DNA of 64,000 bases from an uncultured bacterium (GCA_963819815.1 CAWFXL010000001.1:1-64000), one strand, 5' to 3'; shown: positions 1 to 12,213, counted from the stretch's first letter. The notes: generated from the sequence alone by a model not told the origin. Program-made: numbers and translations.

Positions 1-646
1 CGCCACGTATTGCTCCTGGGTGCGATAGGCGATCTCTGTCGGCCGTCAGATCGACTTCGTTCGGGTTGCGATAGACGACATACCAGATCGCCGCCATCGC
101 GAGGCCGGCGACGCCCATGATCATGAACATGACCCGCCAGCCGAAGCTCAACATCAGGAAAGTGAGGAGCGGCACGGCGATGGCGGTGCCGAGCGACGAG
201 GCGCAGTTGAAGATCCCGGTCGCAAGTCCGCGGTCGCGCGGATGGAACCAGTCGCGGACCACGCGAGCGCCGGTCGGAAATTGCGGCGCTTCGCCCACGC
301 CGAGCAGCAGCCGGGCGGCGAAGAACTGGCCGAAGCCCTGGACGAATCCGCCGATGAAGCTGGGCGAATGACCAAAGGCCGAGGCCGCACGTCAAGAGAA
401 GGCGCGGCCAGAACTTGTCGACCATCGCGCCGGTCGGCAATTGCGAAAACGCATAGGCCCAGAGAAAGGCGGACAGAAGATAGCCCATGTCCGCGATCGA
501 CAGGCCGAGATCGTGGCGGATCGGAGATTGGCGACAGCGAGCGTCGCGCGGTCGATGTAGTTGATCACGCCGGCCACGACCAGCATGGCCAGCGCCGCCC
601 GCTGGATCGATCTCACCCGCGGCGTCGCCTTCAACGCTTCCAACAT
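1..646 (-). CDS. MFS transporter, ACS (anion:cation symporter)-like; 3' end runs off the window; frameshifted
   Basis: N-terminus MLEALK...AMLVVAGVINYIDRATLAVAN is a typical ACS-family TM1; other frames continue with FLWAYAFSQLP and LGVGEAPQFP. Confidence 0.8.
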
Positions 647-885
647 CGCGGTTTCCTCGCCTTGAGATGGCCTGTTTGGCTGTCCGCTCGACTTAAGAGC
701 ATAAAAGCGCCGGCGCGGTCGATGCTCTCGCGAGTTCATTTCATTTTCACCCACTCGCGCCTTCACGTTTTCGTTGGGTCGAGCGTCGCGGGGCGAGGAC
801 CGGAAAACACGATGCTGCCATGGCGAACTGTCCCTCTGGCGCTGCAGCAAACTTGTCGTTAAATACTAAGGGTTACGGTCCGGAG

Positions 886-1786
886 ATGTTCATGCTTGCT
901 CGCCCGCGTCGAAGCGTTCTCTACATGCCCGGCTCCAACGCCAAGGCGTTGGCGAAGGCCGAAGACGCTGCCTGCCGACGCGCTGATCCTCGATCTCGAG
1001 GATTCGGTCGCCCCCGATCAGAAAATCTGCGCGCGCGAACAGGTCGCCGAGGCGGTGCGCGCCGGCGCGCTTCGGCGGGCGCGAGGTCGTCATCCGCGTC
1101 AACGGGCCGCATACGCCGTGGGGAGAAGAGGATCTCGTCGCCGCCTCCGCCGCCGGCCCGGACGCCATTCTCCTGCCCAAGGTCGACGGGCCGGGGCGAT
1201 CATGGCCGCCGCCCGGACGCTGCGCGAATTGCGGCGCGCCCGACCGGACCCGCCTATGGGCGATGATGGAGACGCCGAACGCCGATTTTGAACGCCGGCT
1301 CGATCGCCGCGGTCGCCGCCGACTCGACGTCGCGCTTCGCCGTCATGGTCATGGGCCTCAACGATCTCGCCAAGGAGACGCGGGCGCGGCTCACCCCCGG
1401 CCGCCCGACCATGACCGCATGGCTCGCGAGCTGCGTGGTCGCCGCGCGCGCCCACGGCGTCGACATCATCGACGGCGTCTTCAACGACATCAGGGATCTC
1501 GACGGCTTCCGCGTCGAATGTCTGCAGGGCCGCGACATGGGCCTCGACGGCAAGACGCTCATTCACCCGAGTCAGATCGACATCTGCAACGAGGTGTTCG
1601 CGCCCACCTCCGCGGAGGTGGAACACGCAGCCGCGCATCATCGAGGCGTTCGCGCTGCCGGAAAACGCCGGCAAGGGCGTGATCCAGCTCAACGGCCGCA
1701 TGGTGGAGCTCTTGCACGCCGACATGGCGCGCCGGACGCTCGCCATCGCCGACGCGATCGCGGCGCGGAGCAAGGCGGCGGCTTAG
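886..1786 (+). CDS. HpcH/HpaI aldolase / citrate lyase beta (CitE / malyl-CoA lyase-like); frameshifted
   Basis: RPRRSVLYMPGSN, DALILDLEDSVAP, GLNDL, IDGVFND and GLDGKTLIHPSQI motifs spread over adjacent frames. Confidence 0.88.
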
Positions 1787-1845
1787 ATCGGGCGCTCGAT
1801 TCCGAGGACCGACCAGGCAATGCGAAGGCGCTGACTGCGGTCGTT

Positions 1846-2455
1846 CTACTTCCCGAGATGCGCCTTGAAGAACGAGGCGATCTCCCGAACGCTTCCTTGC
1901 TTTCCGGCAGAGTGTCGTCGAACTCGTACTGAGCGTGCGACTCGCCTTCGTAGACTTGAAGCGTGGCTTCGACGCCCGCCCGGCGCAGCTTGCGATGGAC
2001 GCGAACCGTGTTGCTCAACAACAGATCGCGGGTGCCGGTGGTCAAGATGGCGGGCGGGAACCCGTGCATGTCGCCATAGACAGGCGAGATCAGCGGATCC
2101 TTGAGGTCATGCCCGTTGGCGTAGATCACGGTGGCGGCGTCGCAGAAGCCGTCGCGCGACACGAGAACGTTGTCGACCTTCTCGTTCGTATAGAAGCTGT
2201 CGCCGGTCTTGGTCGCATCGGACATCGGCGTGCTCGCGGCGACCGTGAAGCGCACGGCAACTCCTGCTCCGCGCGCGTAGAACAAGCTCGAGCGGTGAGG
2301 CGCGCCGCCGGCGGACGGTGCCGAATACGCCGATGTTCTTGGCGGGCGTGTCCTTCAGCAACGCCGTTATAGACCGTGACCGCGTCATCGACTGCGGCAG
2401 GGAAAATAAGCGTCGGGCGGCATCCGATAGTCGACGGAGATGACCTTGAAGCTGC
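1846..2455 (-). CDS. Alpha/beta hydrolase (HSL-family esterase), 5'-truncated
   Basis: KVISVDYRMPP, GVFGT/SAGG nucleophile elbow (split by an indel), DPLISPVYGD..GFPPAILTTGTRDLL and YEGESH; the N-terminus is replaced by IS630 sequence. Confidence 0.8.
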
Positions 2456-2459
2456 TCCG

Positions 2460-3184
2460 TCAATCCGGCAATGGATGATTCCCTCGGGCGTGCCCGATTA
2501 GCCTGGGAACAGCACGTAGCAGCCGCCGTGGAAGACGTGGATCAGAGACCTTGTCCTGAGTTCTCGAGGCGCGAATCGTCGTCTGGCGTGAGGATGTGGA
2601 CGAGAACATCGTCAAACAATTGACCGCTCGAGACTGACGCGCAGCCGATCCAGCTCGCCAAGCCGGCCAACCGGCGCCGCCACGATTACGAATATGAGCG
2701 CAACGGCGTCGCGCAATCTCTTCATGATCTTCGCGCCGCTCGAGGGGTGGCGGCGCGTCGAAGTGACCGACCGCCACGCCGCAGTCGACTACGCGAAAGT
2801 CCTCAAAGACCTATCCGACGTGCATTTCCGCCGCCGCCGAGAAAATCGTGCTGGTTCAGGACAACCTGAGCACCCATACGGCGGCCTCGCTCTACGCCGC
2901 CTTCCCCGCCCCCGAAGCCCGCCGCCTCGTCGAAAGGTTTGAATGGCGTTACACGCCCAAGCACGGAAGCTGGCTCAACATGGCCGAATCCGAGCTCGCC
3001 GTTCTGACCAGGCAGTGCCTGACCCGCCGCATCCCCGACAAGCAGACCCTCGACAAAGAAGTGGCCGCCTGGGAGCGCCACCGAAACAAGCACCACGCCA
3101 AGGCCGATTGGCAATTCACAACTCACGAAGCCCGCGTCAAACTCAAAAGGCTGTACCCTCAGTTCGAATGACTCGGGCGACTAG
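2460..3184 (+). mobile_element. IS630-family element, 3' half (DDE transposase fragment plus right end)
   Basis: HDYEYERNG..NLFMIFAPLEGWR, LVQDNLSTH, YTPKHGSWLNMAESE and ADWQFT..ARVKLKRLYP; ends ...GACTCGGGCGACTAG (TA/CTAG target typical of IS630). Confidence 0.88.
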
Positions 3185-4179
3185 GCCTTTTGAAAGAGCC
3201 CAGCGGCCTCGGCGATCAGCTCGAAGGAACGCAGCCGCAGAGGTTTCTCGTAGACGTCGGAGACGACGATCAGTTCGTCGGCCCCGGTTTCCTCGACGAG
3301 CGCGGCCATGCCTTTGCGGACCGTGTCGGGCGAGCCGACAATCGAGCGCGCCAGCATCCGCATCGCCTGCGCCTTCTCCATCGGCGTCCAATAGCTCTCG
3401 ATGTCGTCGATCGGCGGCTGGCTCAGGCCCCGCGCGCCGCGGAAGATGTTGGTGAACGACATCTGCTGGGTCGTGGCGAGCCGGCGCGCTTCGTCGTCGC
3501 TTTCCGCCGCGATGATGTTGACGCCGACCATTGCATACGGCCGGTCGAGCTGCTCCGACGGCTTGAAGCGGCTCGCGATAAATCTCGAGCGCCGCGAATC
3601 AGATGATCGGGCGCGAAATGCGACGCGAAAGCGTAAGGCAGCCCGAGTTCGGCGGCCAGCATCGCGCCGAAATGGCTCGATCCGAGGATCCAGAGCGGCA
3701 CTTCCGTTCCCGCCGCCGGCACGGCCTGGATGCGCTGGCCGGGGCCCGCCGGGCGCCAGGAAGGCCTGCAGCTCCAGAACGTCCTGCGGGAAGTTCTCGG
3801 CCGCCTCCGGCGGACGACGCAACGCGCGCAGCGTGAGCTGATCCGTGCCTGGCGCGCGGCCGAGCCCGAGGTCGATGCGGCCGGGAAAAAGCCGCGCCAG
3901 CGTTCCGAACTGCTCGGCGATGACGTAGGGCGCATGGTTCGGCAGCATGATGCCCCCCGCCCCGACCCGAATGGTCGTCGTCCCCTCGGCGAGATGAGCG
4001 AGCACGATCGATGTCGCGGCGCTGGCGATGCCCGGCATGTTGTGATGCTCCGCCACCCAGATGCGCCGGTAGCCCCATTTCTCGGCGTGGGCGGCGAGGT
4101 CGCGAGCATTGTCGAGGGCGCCGCGCGCGTCGGTCTCTTGCGTGACGCGAACAAGCTCGAGGATGGAGAGCGGCGTCAT
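3181..4179 (-). CDS. LLM class flavin-dependent oxidoreductase (luciferase-like monooxygenase)
   Basis: [30 protein letters not shown] and [12 protein letters not shown]; compensating indels mid-gene. Confidence 0.92.
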   Translation of the reverse strand: MTPLSILELVRVTQETDARGALDNARDLAAHAEKWGYRRIWVAEHHNMPGIASAATSIVLAHLAEGTTTIRVGAGGIMLPNHAPYVIAEQFGTLARLFPGRIDLGLGRAPGTDQLTLRALRRPPEAAENFPQDVLELQAFLAPGGPRPAHPGRAGGGNGSAALDPRIEPFRRDAGRRTRAALRFRVAFRARSSDSRRSRFIASRFKPSEQLDRPYAMVGVNIIAAESDDEARRLATTQQMSFTNIFRGARGLSQPPIDDIESYWTPMEKAQAMRMLARSIVGSPDTVRKGMAALVEETGADELIVVSDVYEKPLRLRSFELIAEAAGLFQKA

Positions 4180-4207
4180 GAGACGCCTGCGGCCGGACGC
4201 CCGCTCA

Positions 4208-4645
4208 TCAGAGCTTCCTCAGCCTCACGATCACGTCGATGGCCGCGACGCTCATGCCGTCGGGAGGCGGGATCTCGAACTCCGGCAGCAAGTCCTCGGG
4301 GATGTCGGACAGTTCTTCCGTGTCCTCGCGATAGAAGTGGTAATGCGGCCCGGTCTTGGTGTCGTACCAGAGCTTGGCGTCGTAGATCGCGATCTCCCGC
4401 AGGAGCCCGCAGCGCGCAAATTCGTTGAGCGTGTTGTAGATCGTGCCGAGCGTCGGCGCGAACTGGATCGACCGCGTCTCGTGATAGATCATTTCGGCGG
4501 TGAAGTGCCGGTTTCCCGCGCCGAAGATCGCGCGGGCGAGATCGAGCCTCTGGCGGGTCGGACGCACCCCCGCGGAGGCGAGCTTGCGCACGAGCACGCC
4601 GTAGCAGACATCGGGATGCGCAGCGCTCTTCGTTTCCATGGACAT
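4208..4645 (-). CDS. irr: Fur-family transcriptional regulator, Irr-like
   Basis: GVRPTRQR...RHFTAEMIY...[15 protein letters not shown]...[10 protein letters not shown]...[13 protein letters not shown] matches the Irr layout. Confidence 0.72.
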   Translation of the reverse strand: MSMETKSAAHPDVCYGVLVRKLASAGVRPTRQRLDLARAIFGAGNRHFTAEMIYHETRSIQFAPTLGTIYNTLNEFARCGLLREIAIYDAKLWYDTKTGPHYHFYREDTEELSDIPEDLLPEFEIPPPDGMSVAAIDVIVRLRKL

Positions 4646-4836
4646 CACATGTCGCTGGCGGACGGCCGGAACCATCCTCGCCCGCGAATTCCTGAACTTG
4701 ATTGAACAGACTTTGTAATCCGCCTCGGCCGCGTTCGCAACCTCAACCTTGGCGGGCGGGCGCGCGGTCGCCCCACTCGCTGGCGGGCGCGTCGCAATTT
4801 CTCATATGGTTCATGTGAGCCGGTTGATGTGGAGGT

Positions 4837-5262
4837 TGGCCTTGGCGATTGCGGGCGGGTGTCTTTGCGGGGCGGTGCGCTACGAGATCAAGGCCGACGC
4901 GCCGCTCGGCGCGCGCTATTGCTGGTGCCGCGTCTGCCAATATCTTGGCGCGGGAACCGGGGCGGTCAGCGCCCTTTTCCGCACAGAGGACGTCGCCGTT
5001 TCCGGTCCGCTGACCGATTACGTCTGCAAAGCCGACAGCGGCGCGACCATGCACCGGCGTTTCTGCGCCCGGTGCGGGACGGATGTGTTCAGCGAGGCGG
5101 AAGAGCGGCCGAACTCTTATCTTCGTGCGCGCAGGCTCGCTCGACGATCCCAATCTGGCGGCGCCCACGGCGACCATCTGGACCAAATCCGCGCCAGATT
5201 GGGCATGCTTCGACCCCAGTCTGCCTGAGGTTGAAGGACATCCGCCCCCGCTGAAAGTCTGA
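4837..5262 (+). CDS. GFA / CENP-V family Zn-binding protein; frameshifted
   Basis: GGCLCGAVRY, CWCRVCQ and RRFCARCGT cysteine motifs. Confidence 0.88.
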
Positions 5263-5309
5263 GCGCAGGCGGCGTCTACACGCGGCTGAAGGGGCCACGG
5301 CCGACAACA

Positions 5310-5608
5310 ATGCTGTTCATGGTGATCGAGCATTTCCGCGACAACGACATGGTTCCGGTCTACCAGCGCTTGCGCGACAGGCGGCCGATCCCTGCCGGAG
5401 GGGCTCGAATATGTCGACAGCTGGGTCGAGGCCAACTTTTCCCGCTGCTTCCAGTTGATGCGCTGCGACGATCTCAGGCTCATCCAGGCGTGGATTCTCG
5501 AGTGGCGCGGCTCAGGCGTGACGTTCGAAATCGTCCCCGTCGTCACGAGCGAGGAGGCGCGGGCGGTGGTCGAGCCCTATCTCGAACCTCCGGAGCGGAC
5601 CGGCCTGA
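5310..5608 (+). CDS. DUF3303-like small protein; frameshifted, end approximate
   Basis: MLFMVIEHF...GLEYVDSWV...RCFQLMRCDD...FEIVPVVTS. Confidence 0.65.
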
Positions 5609-5712
5609 GAGATCGGCCGGCGGCCGGCCAGCAGGTTGATAACGTCACATTTTGCGTGCATGCATGGCCTCCCGCGGCGACGCGCCGCGATTTCGGGAGG
5701 AAATTGAAGCCG

Positions 5713-6240
5713 ATGTCCCTTTCGCTCTATCAGAGCAGCGTGCCGGTCTACGAGCGCTCGCTCAACGCTTTCCTCGCCATTCTCGACAAGGCGGAGGAGC
5801 ATGCGACGGCGCGCAAGTTCGATCCGAACAGCTATCTCGCCATGCGGCTGAGCCCGGACATGTGGCCGCTTCGTCCGCCAGGTCCAGGGCTTCTGCGATC
5901 ACGCCAAGAACTCGTCGTTCCGGCTGGCCGCCAAGGACCCGCCGGTCAAGGAGGACAAGGAGACGACACTGGCCGAATTGCGCGCGCGCATCCAGGCGAC
6001 GCTCGACATGCTGAAATCGATCGACGCCAAGGCGATGGAAGGCGGCGAGATCGCGCGAGATCGTCATCCCCGCCGGCGCCAACAAACTGAAGCTTCCCGG
6101 CGCCGACTATCTCCTGCATTTCGCCATGCCGAACTTCTATTTTCATCTGACCACGGCTTACGACATCCTGCGCGCAAGCGGCGTCGAGATCGGCAAGCGC
6201 AACTTCATGGGCGCGGTCCCGAACCTCATTCGGCGTGTGA
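5713..6240 (+). CDS. DUF1993 family protein; frameshifted
   Basis: MSLSLYQSSVP...RLSPDMWP...MPNFYFHLTTAYDILRASGVEIGKRNF. Confidence 0.85.
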
Positions 6241-6251
6241 GAGCATCGATC

Positions 6252-6606
6252 ATGGCCATCACCAGACTGCACGCCGGGCCGCGCATGTCGCAGGCCGTCG
6301 TTCACGGCTCGACCGTCTATCTCGCCGGCCAGGTCGCCGATCAGGCGAAAGGCAAGAGCGTCGGCGACCAGACCAGGGAGATCCTGGCTGCGATCGAGCG
6401 CCTGCTCGGCGAAGGCCGGATCGGACAAGACCAAGATTCTTTCGGCCACCATTTATCTCGCCGACATCGCCACATTCGCCGAGATGAACGCGGTGTGGGA
6501 CGCGTGGGTCCCCGCAGGACATGCGCCCGCGCGCGCGACCGTCGAGGCCAAGCTGGCCGCGCCGGCCTACACGGTCGAGATCGCCTGCATCGCGGCGACG
6601 GGCTGA
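6252..6606 (+). CDS. RidA/YjgF family protein (YoaB-like); frameshifted
   Basis: [47 protein letters not shown]. Confidence 0.88.
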
Positions 6607-6673
6607 GCCGCTCGGCGCGGCGGCCGAGTCGAGGTCGCCGCTCCGATTTCATCTGTGGAGGAGACCGATTTCG

Positions 6674-8154
6674 GTGCTTGACCCGTCGAACGACAACGCC
6701 AGGGGGCCGTTCGAGCGGGTGGCGAGCCCGGCGAGGCGGTCGACCGGCTCGTTCGCCTCTATGACGAGGCGACTGAGGCCCTGCACGGGGCGGTCGAGCG
6801 CTTTCTCAAGGAAGGCGAGCCGCCCTCGAGCGCGACGCGCGCCCTGTTCCGCTATCCCGAACTGCGCCTGATTTATGCGCCGAACGGCCCTGCGCTCTCG
6901 AGCCCGCGCGCCTTCGCCAAGTTCAGCGAACCCGGCGTCTACGCGACGACGGTGACGCAGCCGGCCGAGTTCCGCGCCTATCTGCTCGAGCAGCTCGAGC
7001 CGCTGGTCAGCGAATACGGCGCCACGATCGAGGTCGGCGTCGGCGCGCAGGAGATCCCCTACCCTTATGTGATCGAGAGCGGCGACGAGCTGACGCGCGG
7101 CGGCGCCGACGCCGCCGAACTCGCGCGTTTTTTTCCCGTGCCCTCGCTCGCCACGATCGGCGACGAGACGGCGGACGGCGAGTTCGACTTCGGCCCCGAG
7201 CGGCCGCTCGCCCTGTTCGACGCGCCGCGGGTCGATTATTCGCTGCGCCGCCTCGTGCACTATACCGGCTCCGACTGGCGGGCGATGCAGCCGTGGGTGC
7301 TGCTCACCAACTACCACCGCTATGTCGACCAGTTCGTCCAGTGGGGCCTGAAGCAGCTGCACGCCGGAGCGGGCGTCGAGAAGGTCATTCTGCCGGGCAA
7401 TGTCGTCATCAACTCGTCGATCCCGCCGGCCGAGGCCGAGGCGCGGGCCGGCGCCGTCGCCTGGCATCGGTTCCAGATGCCCGCCTATCATTGCGTGCGC
7501 GCCGACGGGCGCGGGATCAGTCTCGTCAACATCGGCGTCGGGCCCTCGAACGCCAAGACCATCACCGACCACATCGCGGTCCTGAGGCCGCATTGCTGGC
7601 TGATGATCGGCCATTGCGCCGGCTTGAGGCAGTCGCAGGTGATCGGCGACTATGTGCTCGCGCACGCCTATCTGAGGCGCGACAACATCCTCGACGAGGC
7701 GGTGCCGCTGATGATGCCGATCCCGGCGCTCGCCGAAGTGCAGGTCGCGCTGCAGGAGGCGGTGGCCAAGGTCACCGGCGACCGGGGCGAGGCGCTGAAG
7801 CGGCGCCTGCGCACCGGCACCGTCGTCACCAACGACGACCGCAATTGGGAATTGCGCTGGTCGCAGGAGCGGCGGCTCATCAACGTCTCGCGCGCCATCG
7901 CCGTCGACATGGAATCGGCGACCGTCGCCACCCAGGGCTTCCGCATGCGCGTGCCTTACGGCACGCTGCTTTGCGTCTCCGACAAGCCGCTGCATGGCGA
8001 GATCAAGCTGCCCGGCGCCGCCAACGCCTTCTACGAGCGGGCGATCGCCGAGCATCTGCAGATCGGCATCGCCGCGATCGGGCCTGTTGCAGAGCACGAC
8101 GCCTCGCTGCACTCGCGCAAGCTCAGGAGCTTCGACGAGCCGCCGTTCCGGTGA
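6674..8154 (+). CDS. amn: AMP nucleosidase
   Basis: RVDYSLRRLVHYTG, LTNYHRYVDQF, FQMPAYH, VNIGVGPSNAKTITDH, AVDMES and SRKLRSFDEPPFR C-terminus. Confidence 0.95.
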
Positions 8155-8160
8155 GGGTGG

Positions 8161-8787
8161 CTAGCTGATCACCATCACCGGCGTGCCGACGTGCACCCGG
8201 TTATAGAGGTCGATCGCGTCCATGTCGCGCATGCGGATGCAGCCCGAGGACACGTGCCCGCCGATTTCCGACGGCTCGTTGGTGCCGTGGATGCGGATGA
8301 GCGTGTCCTTGTTGTTCTGGAAGAGATAGAGGGCGCGCGCGCCGAGCGGATTGTCCCACCGGCCCTGCGAGCGGGCCGTGCTGCTTGTAGACCTGGAACT
8401 GCGGCCAGCGCTCCATGATCGAGGCGGTCGGCATCCAGGTCGGCCATTCCTTCATCGCTCCGACCTCGGCGCGGCCGGTCCATCCCATATATTCGGCGCC
8501 GCTTGCGATCCGGTATTGGATCGCCTGGCCGTGGGGCAGGACGTAATAGAGATAATTCGTGGTGGTGTTGACGATGATGGTGCCCGGCCTCTCCTGGGTC
8601 GAATACTGGACGATGCTGCGGTGGGTGGGGATCTTCCACTCGTCCGGCTCCGCGAGCGCCATCATCTGCTTGTCGCGCGCCGTGAGCTGCGGGTCCGGAA
8701 GCCCAGACTTGAATGACCGGCGTGCAGCCGCTCACCAGAGCCGCCAGGGCCAGCACAAGCCCCACAATCGAACACATTCGTCTTCAT
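8161..8787 (-). CDS. L,D-transpeptidase (YkuD/ErfK), lipoprotein-like; frameshifted
   Basis: PGTIIVNT..YLYYV, KEWPTWMP and IRIHGTNEP..IGGHVSSGCIRM (catalytic His/Cys). Confidence 0.9.
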
Positions 8788-9066
8788 AGCCGCCCCGTCG
8801 ATCACACCGCTAACGATTTTGTTACCATAAAACTTAACGGTTTCACCAAAGTTACCGAGCGTAAGCCCAGACGCCATTCACAAAACCGCGAGCGGCGCCT
8901 GGATGTCCCGATCCAAGGTTTCGCCACAAAGGCTTTTAGCGAAACCGCTCAGTTAAGTCCAACGACTTGTTGCGAGGTCGTTTGCCGAAACTTACCGATC
9001 GAGGCAAAAATGCGACAGTCGACAAATGTTCCCGATCACTCGGCTAACCCTAACGGGAGTGAAAAG

Positions 9067-9881
9067 ATGACCCAATGGCCGGCGCGCCTGGTTCTCGTCG
9101 GGGCCGGAAAGATGGGCGGAGCGATGGCGCAGGGCTGGCTCGACGCCGGCGTCCCCGCATCCTCGCTGACCATTGTCGAGCCCAATCCGTCGGCCGAGAT
9201 CGCTTCGCTCGCGGCGCTCGCGGCGTTGCGCTCAACCCCCACATGGCCGCCCCGCCCGAGATGCTCGTGCTCGCGGTCAAGCCGCAGAGCCTCGACCAGG
9301 TCGCGCCGCAGATCGCCGCGCTCGCGGGCGAACGAACGCTCCTATTGTCGATCATCGCGGGCAAGACGATCGCCAATCTGATGGCGCGGCTTCCTCAGGC
9401 GCGCGCGGTCGTGCGGGCGATGCCCAATACGCCGGCTGCAATCGGCCGGGGCGTCACCGCGGCTTTCGCCAACGCGGACGTCAACGCGGAGCAACGGGGC
9501 TGGTGCGAGCGCCTGCTGGGCGCCGTCGGGAGGTTCTACTGGCTCGAGGACGAGAAGTTGATCGACGCGGTGACAGCGATCTCCGGCTCCGGTCCGGCCT
9601 ACGTGTTCGCCCTCACCGAGGCGCTCGCCGCCGCGGCCGAGAGATTGGGCCTGCCGGCGGAGCTGTCGACGAGCCTGGCCCGCGGCACCGTCGAGGGCGC
9701 CGCCGAACTCATGCGCCGCGAAAGTGCGACCTCGCCCGCGACGCTGCGCCGCAACGTCACTTCGCCCGGCGGCACCACTGCCGCGGCGCTCGCCGTGCTC
9801 GAGGAGGCAGGCGGGCTCGAGGATCTCATGATTCGGGCGACGGCCGCGGCCCGCGCACGCGCCGCAGAGATGGCGGGGTAA
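9067..9881 (+). CDS. proC: Pyrroline-5-carboxylate reductase; frameshifted
   Basis: LVGAGKMGGA, LAVKPQ, RAMPNTPA, DAVTAISGSGPAY and VTSPGGTT. Confidence 0.95.
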
Positions 9882-9948
9882 GCGGGTTCCTTGGCGGCGG
9901 GCGGCTGAACGCATACATTATCAGAGGATCAGCAACGAGGAACGCGCC

Positions 9949-10677
9949 ATGGCGACGAGACCGAAAAGCGAGGGCAAGTCGGCGCCCACCGATACGCGCG
10001 GCAAGGTCGTCGACGCGTTGATGGAGCTCGCGGCGGAAACGCGTTTCGAAGACATTTCGATCCGCGACATCTGCAAGGCCGCCGGCGTCTCGTTGGCGGA
10101 TTTCCGCGACGTCTTCCCTTCCAAGGGCGCCGTGCTCGCAGGCTTCTCGCGCCGCATCGACCGCGCCGTCCTGGAGCAGGACACAGGGGAGCTTGCGGAT
10201 GAGAGCCCGCGCGAGCGCCTGTTCGACGTCCTGATGCGCCGGCTCGAGGCGATGGCGCCCTATCGCGAGGGCCTTCGCGAGGCGATCGCATGGCTGCGGC
10301 GCGAGCCGGTCGCCGCCCTGGCGATGAATCAGGCGGCGACGAACTCCATGCGCTTCATGCTCGAGGCGGCCGGCATCGAAGCTCAGGGCGCGGGCGGCGC
10401 CGTCAAGCTCCAGGGCCTGGCGCTCGCATGGGCGCGGGTGCTTCAGGTCTGGCTCGACGACGAAGACCCTGCCCTGTCCAAGACCATGGCGGAACTGGAC
10501 CGCGTCTTGACGCGCGGCGAGCAAGCGGCCGCGGGCGTCGACCGGCTGAGCGCGCTGGCGAGCCCGTTTACTGCGCTCGCGCAGGCGGCGTTCGAGGCTG
10601 GCCGCAGGGCGCGGAGAGGGGGAGGCCGCTCGGCGCGCAAGGACGACCACGGCGACGAGGACGTGACCACGCTCTGA
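9949..10677 (+). CDS. TetR/AcrR-family transcriptional regulator
   Basis: N-terminal HTH (ISIRDICKAAGVS...FPSKGAVL); intact 242-aa ORF. Confidence 0.85.
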   Translation: MATRPKSEGKSAPTDTRGKVVDALMELAAETRFEDISIRDICKAAGVSLADFRDVFPSKGAVLAGFSRRIDRAVLEQDTGELADESPRERLFDVLMRRLEAMAPYREGLREAIAWLRREPVAALAMNQAATNSMRFMLEAAGIEAQGAGGAVKLQGLALAWARVLQVWLDDEDPALSKTMAELDRVLTRGEQAAAGVDRLSALASPFTALAQAAFEAGRRARRGGGRSARKDDHGDEDVTTL

Positions 10678-10689
10678 GCGCAGCACACG

Positions 10690-10783
10690 TCCGGCGGAGC
10701 ATCGGCGCTGGAATCACGCCTGGGCCGAACAATCTCATGTTGATGACTTCGGGCGTGAAATACGGTCTGGAACGCACCCGAGC
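10690..10783 (+). pseudogene. LysE-family translocator fragment
   Basis: ITPGPNNLMLMTSGVKYGLERT is a LysE N-terminal signature; homology stops abruptly. Confidence 0.6.
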
Positions 10784-11360
10784 GCAATGTCACGGGCGTA
10801 TACTTTTTCGCCGCTCAAATGGAGCCGAAGCGGCTTGGGCTCCTACGCGAATTGGTTCCAACCGCCGTCATGATCGCCGTACTTCTGAACCCGGCGTATC
10901 CGAATGCCGAGACAGAGGCGAAGGAGGTTCAAGAAGCAGCTCGCGCACTCGGAGTACAAATTCAAGTCTTGCGCGCGAGCACAGAGCAGGAAATTGACAC
11001 CGCCTTCGCTGCTTTAGTGCAGCTTCGTGCTGGCGCGCTGCTCGTCTGTGCCGATTCATTCTTCAACAGCCGGCGAAATCAAATTGTGGCGCTGGCAGCA
11101 TCCCATGCCATGCCGACAATTCACCAAGAGCGCACATTCGCCGAGGCCGGCGGGCTGGTCAGCTACGGTACGAGCCTTACCGATGCGTATCGTCAGGCTG
11201 GCGTTTATGCGGCGCGATTCTCAGGGGCGAGAAGCTGGCGGAACTGCCGGTATTGCAATCGACCAAGTTCGAGTTCGTGATCAACTTCAAGACTGCCAAG
11301 ACGCTCGGCCTTGAAATCAGTTCACAACTCCTCGCCCGCGCCGACGAGGTTATCGAATGA
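10784..11360 (+). pseudogene. ABC transporter substrate-binding protein (ABC_sub_bind type), 5'-truncated
   Basis: NVTGV..KRLGLLRELVP...GGLVSYG...[16 protein letters not shown]...ARADEVIE*. Confidence 0.82.
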
Positions 11361-11835
11361 CGCCCCGCCCCCCAACCGGAGCGCCTTTTTCCAAGCAGAC
11401 TGTTATCAAAAGGTACGCCAATCGCCTGCCTTGGCTTGGGGCTTTATTCCGTTATCTAAAATCGATCTGAAATGAGAAGCCATCGGGACGGCGCTCCGCA
11501 ACAAGAGGCTCATTTTCACCGACATCGCTGGCCATGCACAAATCGGTGTTGGGCGGGGCTACCCCGACGCTGGCCGACATGGCTGCCGCGCTGAAGAAGT
11601 TCCCGCGATACGAGGTCGAATGAGTTCCCAACGAAGTTCACAATGGCAAACCGTGGAGTGTTAGATGCCGAGTGAAGCACGAGGGGCGGACGCGAATGAA
11701 ATCGAAGCAGCGGCGGATCAGCGTGGCGGTCTTGTTACGCCAATCTTCTGAATAGCCCTTCCACGAGTGCATGATTTGAGCTTAATCTACAGACGCTGCC
11801 AAACTGCACATGCTCAAGCCGAGGAAGGAAATCTC

Positions 11836-12213
11836 ATGAACATCAAGTATGCGTTCGGGATCGGAGCAGGCTTCGCTCTCGGAGCCGTCGCAGTCCAAGG
11901 CTTGCACGCTCAGGGAAAACCTCCCGCTTATTACATCGCTGAGATCACAGTGAAAGATCAGGAAGCGTTCATGAAGGAATTTGCGATACCCGGTATGAAA
12001 CCGATCCAAGAGGTAGGTGCCAAATTCCTTGCACAAGGCAGCAAACCTGTATCCTTACAAGGCGAAACGCCCCCGCGCGTCACTGTTATTCAATTCGAGA
12101 ACATGGATAAAGCACAAGCGTGGTGGAACTCTCCGACCACCAAAGAACGACAAGTCATTGGTGACAAATATGCGACGTTCCGATCCTATCTCGTCGAAGG
12201 CACCTCGCCATAG
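11836..12213 (+). CDS. DUF1330 family protein with N-terminal signal
   Basis: PPAYYIAEITV.D...GAKFLA.G....QGE.PPRVTVIQFENMDKAQAWWNS; RBS GAGGAAGGA upstream. Confidence 0.82.
   Translation: MNIKYAFGIGAGFALGAVAVQGLHAQGKPPAYYIAEITVKDQEAFMKEFAIPGMKPIQEVGAKFLAQGSKPVSLQGETPPRVTVIQFENMDKAQAWWNSPTTKERQVIGDKYATFRSYLVEGTSP

Noticed and set aside
8805..8860. CtrA box upstream of the L,D-transpeptidase
   Set aside because: TTAA/TTAC half-sites are spaced by 8 nt rather than the canonical 7; too weak to call.
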